Part shown: one piece after another, positions 53,327-64,000 of the stretch | Layout of the letters: the number at the start of each line of letters is the position of its first letter | How positions within the stretch are numbered: position 1 is the first letter of the stretch | Source of the DNA: Octopus sinensis | Taxonomy: Eukaryota | Assembly (NCBI RefSeq): GCF_006345805.1 | Contig: NC_043001.1 | Coordinates: forward strand, 125,302,001 to 125,366,000 | Direction: 5' to 3' | Length of the DNA stretch: 64,000 bases | The notes under the pieces: model-generated | The model's database searches: none | What the model was told of the DNA's origin: nothing | What the model saw: only the letters and a program-made list of their open reading frames with translations | Made by a program: the position numbers and the translations under genes

Positions 53327-54163
53327 AAGGCGGCGAGCTGGCAGAATCGCTAGCACGCCGGGCGAAATGCGTAGCCGTATTTCGTCTGCCGCTACGGTCT
53401 GAGTTCAAATTCCGCCGAGGTCGACTTTGCCTTTCATCCTTTCGGGTCGATAAATTAAGTACCAGTTACGCACTAGGGTCGATCTAATCGACTTAATCCG
53501 TTTGTCTGTCCTTGTTTGTCCTTTCTATGTTTAGCCCCTTGTGAGCAATAAAGAAATAAGAATCGTTAGCATACCGGGCAAAATGTTCAGCGGCATTTCG
53601 TCAGTCTTTACGTTCTGAGTTCAAATTTCGCCGAGGTCGACTTTGCTTTTCATTCTTCCGAAGGGGTGATAAAATAAGTTGAACACTGGTGTCGATGTAA
53701 TCGACTTACCTTCTTCCCCCAAATTGCTAGACCTGTGCCAACATTTAAAACCAATATTTAATCGACGATTTAAGGTAGCGATCTGGTAGAATCGTTACCG
53801 ACTCCTCGTATATTGCCGGCCTTGTGCCAAAATTTAAAACCAGATGCGACGATCTGGTAGAATCGTTAGCACACCGGGAAAAATGCTCAACAACATTTCG
53901 TCCGTCTTTACGTTCTAGGTTCAAATACCGCCAGGGTCGACTTTGCTTTTCATTCCCTCGGGGTCGATAAAATAAGTACCTATTTCTTTACTGCCCACAA
54001 GGGGCTAAATACAGAAGGGACAAACAAGGACAGACATAGGTATTAAGTCGATTACATCGACCCCAGTGCGTAACTGGTACTTATTTAATCGAACCCGAAA
54101 GGATGAAAGGCAAAGTCGACCTCGGCGGAATTTGAACTCAGAACGTAACGCAGACGAAATACC
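53327..54163. mobile_element. Cluster of four SINE N / N-related copies (three plus, one minus at 53979-54163)
   Basis: Repeated gaggtcgactttgc cores at ~53417, ~53634 and ~53936, and rc at ~54110. Confidence 0.85.
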
Positions 54164-54164
54164 G

Positions 54165-54497
54165 CTTCTGCTCTTCTACAAAAAACAGGCTCTTTTCTTC
54201 CAGATGTCTGCTCATTCTCTGCAATATTACTGCAGTAAAGACATTGTAAATTGTTGGGAGACAAGTTATTGGTATGTCATTTTGTGGGTTTACCGTTTCA
54301 GCGGATTTTTCCTTCTGCGAGCCATTCAGACATTGTCTCTGGCCCCGCTAGTATTTCGTTACATTTCTCAGCCAGCTTTTTATGTTCCTCTTAGTTAATT
54401 TAACCAGAAGTCGGGGATCTTGTCGTGCCCGGGTGCCTTCCAGTTGATCAGTTTTGCAGTGCCTGGGGGATATCTTCAGTTGTTATAGGGGTCTAGA
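54165..54497 (-). mobile_element. R4/Dong-type reverse transcriptase N-terminal fragment
   Basis: Minus translation INWKAPGHDKIPDFWL, then after a frameshift ...NPQNDIPITCLPTIYNVF...HLEEKSLF..EEQK (KAPGPD and RPITCL motifs). Confidence 0.8.
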
Positions 54498-54551
54498 GTG
54501 GTTGTTGTTGTTGTTGTTGTTCTTCTTCTTCTTCTTCTTCTTCTTCTTCTT

Positions 54552-54812
<261 letters not shown>

Positions 54813-54814
54813 AA

Positions 54815-54874
<60 letters not shown>

Positions 54875-55720
54875 TACTTTTAACCTGCATGTTTGTTACA
54901 ATCACTCGCCGAGACACACTAAGCATCCTAGGTCGAGTGAAGGATAAGAGATGTTACAATATGACTGAAAGCTTGGGGAGAGCAAGTGGCAGTAGCGAAA
55001 TATCTTCATTTAAGACAACACGGACATTTAAATTGATAGAGTTTTTCTAAGGATGTGGGCAGTTCTTGTCAGCACAGTCTTTTGGATTTGTCTGAGACAT
55101 GGTTCTCCTGGAATATCATCTAAATGTTTCTGACATTACTTTCTTATCCTACCAAGGACACCCACAATAACAGAAACAGTTCTCGCTTTAAGATGCCACT
55201 TCCTTTGTATTTCAATTTCCAGGTCTTTATATTTACTTAATTTGTCAAATTCCTTTACAGATATATTTTTATCAGTGGGAACATTTACATCTATTAGTCT
55301 AGTATTTTCTTCTCCGTCTTTAATGACTATGTCTGGTCGATTAGCCTGGATCGTTCTGTTGGTGTTGACTGGAAAATCTCAGAGGATAGTGACATTTTTA
55401 CCTTCAACGACTGGCTCAGGCTGATGTTCAGGAGTGCTGGTTTTGTAGTGCTTACATCTTTTCCAATGTAAATACTGTCATGGCGATTTTTGTATTCGTT
55501 TGGTGTCAGCATAGGACATTCCGAGACGAAATGGTATATTGTTTCAACGAATTTATTGCAGAATTTTCATTAAGGGTCAGAACCGTTTTGAAGACTGTTA
55601 GCCTGGTAGTTTTTAGTAAGCAAGCTTTGATCTTGTGCCGCCAATATGAAACTTCCAGTCTCTGCTTTCTGTCCTGAGCTTCTAAGCTACTGATAGGTTG
55701 TTGCTTGGTCTACATCAGCA
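54875..55720 (-). mobile_element. Older R4/Dong-type 3' fragment (zinc knuckle, RLE, 3' UTR, (AAT)n tail)
   Basis: Frameshifted ETGSFILAAQDQ, ETIYHFVSECPMLTPNEYKNRHD, NRTIQANRPDIVIKD and DKLSKYKDLEIEI. Confidence 0.85.
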
Positions 55721-55827
55721 TTTAGGCTTCGAAGTACGTAGTGTCCACGCAGAGGATTCTGGCTCCACTGCTCATCAATTTGTTTCTGCTTTTTTCTTTT
55801 TACAGTCTGTTTGATCCATTATTATTA

Positions 55828-55906
<79 letters not shown>

Positions 55907-56154
55907 TAGTAGTGGTAGTAGTAGTAGTAGTAGTAGTAGTAAGGCAGCGAGCTGGCAGAATCGTTAGCACGCGGGGCAAAATACTTAGCGGTATTTCGTC
56001 CGTCTTCACGCTCAGAGTTCAAATTCTACCGTGTCGACTTTGCCTTTCATCCTTTCGCGGTCGATAAATTAAGCACTTGTTTAATTTCTCGGTTTGCTGT
56101 AATTAACTTAACCTCTCTCCCAAAATTTCAGGCCTTGTGCCTATAGCAGAAAGG

Positions 56155-56206
<52 letters not shown>

Positions 56207-56454
56207 TATTATTATTATCGCTGTTGTTGTTATTGATTGATTGGTCGCGTCACTCTCCGAAGATGCGAACTCTAACAAATTTAAACTACATGAAATGATT
56301 TATTTTCGATTTAGTTTCATGCATATTTGATCATTTGGAAGTGTTCCCATACACGGTCAAACGAAACGCAAAAATGTCTAGTTTTAGACCAATTTTATTT
56401 TCCCTTTATTCTGTATATGTGCGGAGCGTAATTCCAAAGAATTAAAAAACCCAT

Positions 56455-56830
56455 ACACAACACATATACATACACATACATGCATACATACATACATACA
56501 TACATACATACATACATGCATGCATACATACATACATACATACATATATACATACAACATACATACATACATACATACATAATACATATATACATATATA
56601 CATACATACATACATACATCATACATACATACATATACATACATACATCATACATACATTCATACATACATACATATACATATATACATACTACATACAT
56701 ACATACTTCATACATACATACATACATACATACATACATACACACCACATACTACATACATACATACATACATACACATACACACATACACACACGTACA
56801 CATGCACATACAAACACACACACACACACA
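56455..56830. repeat. (CATA)n degenerate microsatellite
   Basis: Direct reading. Confidence 0.95.
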
Positions 56831-56976
56831 TGAAAAACTAATATAATTTTGCATGCATTTCGGGAAAAGAAAAATATTGACATTTCTGAGGAAAATAATA
56901 CTGTTCAGAGCAATTCTAGCGATACTTTTGGCAATAAACAGCAACGCCATAAACCATAATGTCACGCATACACACA

Positions 56977-57027
<51 letters not shown>

Positions 57028-57330
57028 CCTTGCCGAGCGAAAATAATTCTATCAATTGATTGCAATTTGAGAGGCGGATCAGTTTCGTCTTTTGCAGATA
57101 CAATTTTCAACATTCGGACTTGATATATACACAGTTTAAGCAAAAAATAAAAAATAAAAAAAGACTGCATGGCAATATTATGTTACAAATACAAGTGTTA
57201 CTCACATAGGTACGAGAAAGAATGAATATAATCTGTCTGCGCAATGCCAAAACCACAGGGAATTTTCTAGTGCACTCCAAAAACAGTGGAACAACTCTCG
57301 TCGTTACATGGACGAGAGGGCGTTTGTCAT

Positions 57331-57564
57331 GGTCGAGCTGGCAGAATCGTTAGCACGCCGGGTGAAATGCTTAGCAGTATTTCGTCTGCCGCTACGTTCT
57401 GAGTTCAAATTCCGTCGAGGTCGACTTTGCCTTTCATCCTTTCGGGGTCAATTAAATAAGTACCAGTTACGCACTGGGGTCGATGTAATCGACTTAATCC
57501 GTTTGTCTGTCCTTGTTTGCCCTCTCTGTGTTTAGCTCCTTGTGGGTAGTAAAGAAATAGGTAT
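57331..57564 (+). mobile_element. SINE family N monomer
   Basis: Match to 11089-11322; ends aaagaaataggtat. Confidence 0.88.
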
Positions 57565-58476
57565 ACATTGTTTTATCTTTTCAAAACTGAGAATGCGGCA
57601 AAGGGACAAGCTTGGAAAGAGTGTCACACAACTTCCCATCGACTCATTTCACAATATATAGTATGTAAAAATCACCATTGACAACGTTGACCTCCAAGGT
57701 TGCAGTTAGTTTAGTAGCGCAATATGGACGAGTGTTCAGCACTGGCATGACTTTGGGCAAAATGTCGTCTGTGGTGGAGGGAACCTAAATGATCATTCAT
57801 ACCTTCACGAACTACAAGACTGCAAAGTGACCCTATAGGTGTACCTTGTAGTGGGGTGCTAATAGAAAAGCTTTGAGACTGCAAGGATGCTTTAGTTTAT
57901 TAAATTGACCCCAGGTACTTAAGTGGTTATTTTATTTTATCGAAATCAGAAGAATGAAACTCAAACTGAACTCCGTAGTGCTGTGATTTCTATCATAGGT
58001 TCAAGTCCACAAATCTGGTGGATGGATGATCCCAAAACTTGCTATATGTAATGGATCCCAGGAGGGATGCAATGTAAACTTGAGCTAAGCGTGATTCGAG
58101 ACCAGAAAGTAAAGGATTGCAAGTAAATAACACAACACACTTTTGTTCATCTCTCTGCCTATTCTGCTACACGAACCCACTCTGTCCACTAACTGCATTG
58201 ATTGCTGACATGTTTCATAGATCTGCACACATCAGAAAGAGAATAGTTGCAATTAACCTCAGTATGTCACCGGTACTTATTTTATCCACTCTGGAAACAA
58301 GAACGACGAAGTTATTCTTCAGCAGAATTCGAACTCAGAATATAAAAGGAAATGACTAAACTACTGTAAGTGTTGTATGAGATGTTCTACCGTTTCTGGT
58401 GTCCACAGCCTTCATAGTTACCGTTCCATCTCCTTCAAAAAGTGTCCTTATAATCATTTAGACAATATGTATATAT

Positions 58477-58545
<69 letters not shown>

Positions 58546-58865
58546 TGTATGTATGTATGTATGTATGTATGTATGTATGTATGTATGTATGTATGTATGT
58601 ATGTATGTATTCAGGGTAAAAAGCTAAAGCAAGCAGAATGAGTAGACTGCTACAGAGAGGTATTTGTGTCATGAACTTTGCCAGGATCTGGTAAAAATTT
58701 ACAGACCTATTCCCGGGAAACTTTTCGGGGTCAAACTTACTTCATACAACCAAATGTATTCAGATTTCTCCTTGCTTGGTAATAAACGTATTAGGGAGGT
58801 ATGCTGGCAACATCGTTAGGACATCATATTTTCTCCTGGCTCTTTATTTTCGGCGTTTAATCGAC

Positions 58866-59085
58866 TCTTTTACTCTTTTACTCTTTTACTTGTTTCAGTC
58901 ATTTGACTGCGGCCATGCTGGAGCACCGCCTTTAGTCGGGCAAATCGATCCCGGGACTTATTCTTTGTAAGCCCAGTACTTATTCTATCGGTCTCTTTTG
59001 CCGAACCGCTAGTTGACGGCGACGTAAACACACCAGCATCGGTTGTCAAGCAATGCTAGGGGGACAAACACAGACACACAAACAC
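58866..59085 (-). mobile_element. SINE family A, 3' half
   Basis: Reverse-complement match. Confidence 0.85.
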
Positions 59086-59175
59086 ATACACACACACACA
59101 CACATATATATATATAAAGTCATATTGCGCTACTAAACTAACTCCAACCTTGGAGGTCAACGTTTACCTCAGAAG

Positions 59176-59589
59176 GTAAATACAGACAAAATACCTATTT
59201 CTTTACTACCCACCAGGGGCTTAAACACAGAGTAGACAAACAAGGACAGACAAACGGATTAAGTCGATTATATCGACTCCAGTGCGTAGCTGGTACTTAT
59301 TTAATCGACCCCGAAAGGATGAAAGACAATGACGACCTCGGCGGAATTTGAACTCAGAATGTAACGACAGACGAAATACCTATTTCTTTACTACACACAA
59401 GGGGCTAAACACAGAGGGGACAAACAAGGACAGACAAACGGATTAAGTCGATTATATCGACTCCAGTGCGTAACTGGTACTTATTTAATCGACCCCGAAA
59501 GGATGAAAGGCAGAATTCGAACTCAGAACGTAACGGCAGACGAAATACCGCAAAGTATTTCGCCCGGCGTGCTAACGTTTCTGCCAGCA
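59176..59589 (-). mobile_element. SINE family N head-body-body dimer that runs ~13 nt into a third body
   Basis: Junctions rc aaagaaataggtatttcgtctg at ~59370-59390 and aaagaaataggtattttgtctg at ~59183-59204. Confidence 0.88.
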
Positions 59590-59798
59590 CGCTTCCTTGT
59601 GCAATGGCCTAGAATGGTACCGCTGGACTCCCAACATCAGTCTAACCGTGAGTTTTCGATCAGAGGTGAAGTAACACAGTGGATGGTGTACACTACAATT
59701 ACATTAATGTTATTTTTAGTGCTTTATACCATTGAATTGCTTGGATTGTTAGAGTATGACATCGTTCGTGCGTTTGTACTGGTTTTATATTTAAGGTG

Positions 59799-59866
59799 TT
59801 AGGGTTAGGGTTTTAGAGTTAGGGTTTCAGGGTTAGGGCTAGGATTTTAGGGTTAGGGTTAGGGTT
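59799..59866 (+). repeat. Degenerate interstitial (TTAGGG)n tract
   Basis: ttagggttagggttttagagttagggtttcagggttagggctaggattttagggttagggttagggtt. Confidence 0.8.
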
Positions 59867-60617
59867 GTCATAAATAATAATGACAAACGAAAAATACACC
59901 GTTGGCAGTTCTTGTGGACAAACAACGGCAGTAATTTTATTCAGTCATTGTAATTTTATTCAGTCATTTTACACGTCATTGATTGGTTGAAATTACCGAA
60001 ATACTACAACTTTAACGTGAAATTACTTCGTAAATATACGTTTTTCTCAAAAATGCTAAGAATAAAAGATGTTTTATATGATACATTCTACCAGTGGCCG
60101 AAGTTTGAAAGTGTTTAGTCACAAAAAATTATTTGTTAAATCTGTAGGTCAAAAGGTAAAGATCCGAGTATTGGAATGATTGCCTGACAGAAATCCCTGA
60201 GGTCTAAGATCAAATACTGTCGAAGTCAACTATGACTTTCATCCTTTCGAGATTGAGAAGTATCAATAATGTAATAGAATCGTTTCTTCTCAAATATTTA
60301 TTTATTTACTTACTTACTTAGAAGAATTTACTTACTTTAGAAGAATTTGGCTGTGTTCAGAGCTGGCAGGGGACGAGCTCTGCTACGTGTAAAAAAAAAA
60401 AAAAATATGTCGCCCAAGAGACTCTGCATGTTACGATGGCGCTCCTACGGCTCCATGAGAAGTTGAGGTCGTCAGTTCAAGGAACAATGAAGCAGCACTG
60501 TACGCAAAGCAAAGCAACACTTTAGACATACATAAATACACACGCGCACACATACACAAACTCTCTCTCTCTCTCTCTCTGTCTAAAAGCTTACCCGTAT
60601 TAAAAAGGATAACCCAA

Positions 60618-60936
60618 TAGAAGAAGATAAAGAAGAAGGAGGAGGAGAAGGAGGAGAAGAAGAAGAAGAAGAAGAAGAAGAAAAAGAAGAGAGGAGAAGA
60701 GGAAGAAGAAGAGAAGAAAAAGAAGAAAAAGAAGAAGAGGAAGAAGAGAAGAAAAAGAAGAAGAAGAGAAGAAGAAAAAGAAGAAGAGGAGAAGAGGAGA
60801 AGAAGAAAAAGAAGAAGAGGAAGAAGAGGAAGAAGAAGGAAGAAGAAGAAGAGAAGAAAAAGAAGAAGAAGAAGAAGAAGAAGAAAAAGAAGAAGAGGAA
60901 GAAGAGGAAGAAGAAGAAAAAGAAGAAGAAGGAAGA

Positions 60937-60970
<34 letters not shown>

Positions 60971-61200
60971 AAAGAAGAAGAAGAAGAAGAAGAAAAAGAA
61001 GAAGAGGAAGAAGGAGGAGAAGAAGAAGAAGAAGAAGAAGGAGGAGGAGGAGAAGAAGAAGAAGAAGGAGGAGGAGGAGGAGGAGAAGAAGGAGGAGGAG
61101 GAGGAGGAGGAGGAGGAGAAGAAGAAGAAGAAAAGAAGAAGAAGAAGAAGAAGAAGAAGAAGAAGAAGAAGAAAAAAAGAAGAAGAAGAAGAAGAAGAAG
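60618..61200. repeat. (GAA)n/(GGA)n polypurine tract, ~580 bp
   Basis: Direct reading. Confidence 0.95.
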
Positions 61201-61935
61201 CCATAAAACGTAGGGAAATGTATATTGATTCTAACAAACATTTCTGGAGATTAAATACCATTTCTATTTCGTCTATATTTACTAATTGAATGAAAAGCTA
61301 AATTTCAGTTTGAGGTTAGCGAAAATACATTTGTAATTTCCCTTCCGTTTATCCGAGTTCACAGACCCCTGGAATATATCCAGATGAAGAATAGCTGCTT
61401 TACAATATTTTAGTTACACTCATCTACGTTCTCGTTCCAAATCGATTTTGCTTGTAACCACTTGTGTCTGCTCAATAAAATAAGAATGAGACTATGGTCG
61501 ATGGAATCGGCTATATTCTACCATTCTAAATTGACCTTATAAGTATACTGTTGGATCCAACACTCCACCTTTTACACAATTTAACTTATGGCTGACAAGA
61601 GCGCATGGCTTGCATGCATACGTAGTAACGAAAGAGATTTTTACTTATCCATTTTTTTAAAGTGTAGAGTGGAATTTTTCTTTCTTTCTGGGAACAAGTT
61701 TTTTCTGGGAACAATTTGATTGTAAAAGGTTCAAGCAGAGCCATGTGGTTAAAAGATTCGTTTACAAATAATGCGGCTCTGGTTTAAAAAAACAAATAAT
61801 TACTTAGTTTCGTTATATCATGAGCAAATGTCCGGCATGCTAATATTTCTACCAGCACGCCGCTTTCATGAAAACGAAAGTAATATGATGATGATGATGA
61901 TGATTATGATGATGGTGATGATGATGATGATGATG

Positions 61936-61971
<36 letters not shown>

Positions 61972-62612
61972 TAATATAATAATAATAATAATAATGATAA
62001 TAATAATTTTGAAGTTTGGCACATGCCAGCAAGTTCGTGGGTGGGGATATGTTGATTATATCGACACCAGAGCTTAACTAGTACTTGTTTTATCGGCACC
62101 GAAAGGATGAAAAATTTAGTCGACCTCGGCGGAATTTGAACTCAGAACGTAAGGAAGGACGGGATGCCGCTCAGCATTTTTTCCGGCGTGCTAACGATTC
62201 AACGAGCTCGCCGCATTGTAGTGCTTTTGTATTGATATTTAAAATTAGGGAAGTTTTTGTATGTCTTGGTACTTTTCCATGGAACGTTTGGTACTATCAC
62301 GAAATATCTGTTGGCAGCCAGGCATTAGATTAGCTCCAAATTAATATCAAACTGCCGTTAGGGTGTATGTATAAGCGGTATTAAGAAATGTAAATTCGTT
62401 ACGTGTTTGGCCTTGGGTCGCCGTCTCTAAATAGTCACATTTTATAGAGGCAAACATACAATCATTCTGAAATCCGAAAATATCCACAACCCAAACCTGA
62501 AACACTTCTAGTCCCAAGCTCTTCGGATCCGAATAAAGGATTATCAATTGCATTTATAGTTTACACAGTTTTTCAATACCTGTAATGTTATTCTGTTATA
62601 TGTTCAAGTGTT

Positions 62613-63029
62613 AAGGCGGCGAGCTGGCAGAAACGTTAACACGCCGGGCGAAATGCTTAGCGGTATTTCGTCTGCCATTACGGTCTGAGTTCAAATTCTG
62701 CTGAGGTCGACTTTGCCTTTCATCCTCTCGGGGTCGATAAATTAAGTACCAGTTACGCACTGGTGTCGATATAATCGACTTAATCCGTTTGTCTGTCCTT
62801 GTTTGTCCTCTCTGTGTTTAGCCACTTGTGGGTAGTAAAGAAATAGGTATTTCGTCTGCCGTTACGTCCTGAGTTCAAATTCCGCCGAGGTCGACTTTGC
62901 CTTTCATCCTTTCGGGGTCGATAAATAAAGTACCAGTTTCGCACTGGGGTCGATGTAATCGACTTAATCCGTTTGTCTGTCCTTGTTTGTCCCCTCTATG
63001 TTTAGCCACTTGTGGGCAGTAAAGAAATA
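62613..63029 (+). mobile_element. SINE family N head-body-body dimer
   Basis: Junction aaagaaataggtatttcgtctgcc at ~62838-62861. Confidence 0.9.
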
Positions 63030-63296
63030 TATATGCTCAAGTGTCACGGTAAACTATGAAAGGCAATCGAAGACATAATCGAGTATCACACCTTAAACAG
63101 CTAGAAGTACGGAATGCAATTGAAGATATAATCATTTCAGAATGATAGGTGCAGACATGGGTGTGTGGTCCGTAACTATGTGGTTTCGGGTTCTGTCTGA
63201 AGGCGCAGCACTTTGTGCAGTTACCTTCTACTATAGTCCCGGACCAACCAGTGCCGTGTAAATGAATCTGGGAGAGGAAAATTGTCTGGAAGCTCG

Positions 63297-63353
<57 letters not shown>

Positions 63354-64000
63354 TGTGCGTGTGTATGTATGCATATATATGTGTGTGTGTGTGTATGTAT
63401 GTATATAAATATATATATATAATATTAATAATAAAAGGGTAAAATTAATTAATTAATCAGTCAATTAATAAATTAATAATTAATAATTTTACCAAGTAGA
63501 TCGGTACGTAAGAATAACCTTTTTTAGGTAAAAATTATACAAATATTCTATAATTATAAACATAATTATAATTAAGGGTGGGCTAATTGCTTCACCACTC
63601 TCTGAATTTAGGAATAGGAGTTAAAATTTTTTTCCTGCATATATTTTTGGAAGTGTTGGATGGATATCAGTTATGCAAAAGCGCTCGATCGCGTACATAT
63701 TCAATCATAGCACTCTCAAATTTATATTGAAATGCTGCATTGAAGAGGTGAAATAAGTAAATATAACTTTACTTTAATCTCGAAACGCGTATGCAGCTAA
63801 TCTGAGTCGCGTGGATTCGCTATTTTTTTTTTTTTTTTTTTGCCTGCTTAAAAAAGTGTTTTACTATCTGGGAGATCTTTACGGTAGCAGAAAAGGAATT
63901 TTAACTCTTATTTCTAAATTCGATGCATGCGTGGTAAAGCAGTTAGCTGACCCCTAATTATAATTACGTTTATAATTATAGAATACTAGCTGAAGGTGAC

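Overview
Eukaryotic, very repeat-rich genomic DNA, most likely a coleoid cephalopod (Octopus-like); that assignment is from my recollection of the SINE families and was not searched. I found no confidently identifiable intact host gene. The window holds: (i) dozens of copies of four tRNA-headed SINE families; (ii) fragments of R4/Dong-type non-LTR retrotransposons (zinc knuckle plus restriction-like endonuclease) lying in (AAT)n or (CATA)n microsatellites; (iii) a CR1/L2-type LINE 3' end, Penelope-like terminal remnants with hammerhead-ribozyme motifs, mariner and pogo/Tigger relics, and an 0.8-kb non-autonomous Helitron; (iv) long simple and compound microsatellites, which explain almost every ORF in the six-frame track. 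The most interesting structures are a Dong/R4 insertion flanked by a 122-bp direct duplication (possible very long TSD), an unclassified 555-bp element found only against (AAT)n tracts, a SINE that forms head-(body)n concatemers with a fixed junction (including a 9 x 170-bp array), a SINE/LINE shared 3' hairpin with compensatory changes, and several long inverted repeats. SINE boundaries are approximate (about +/-10 bp).
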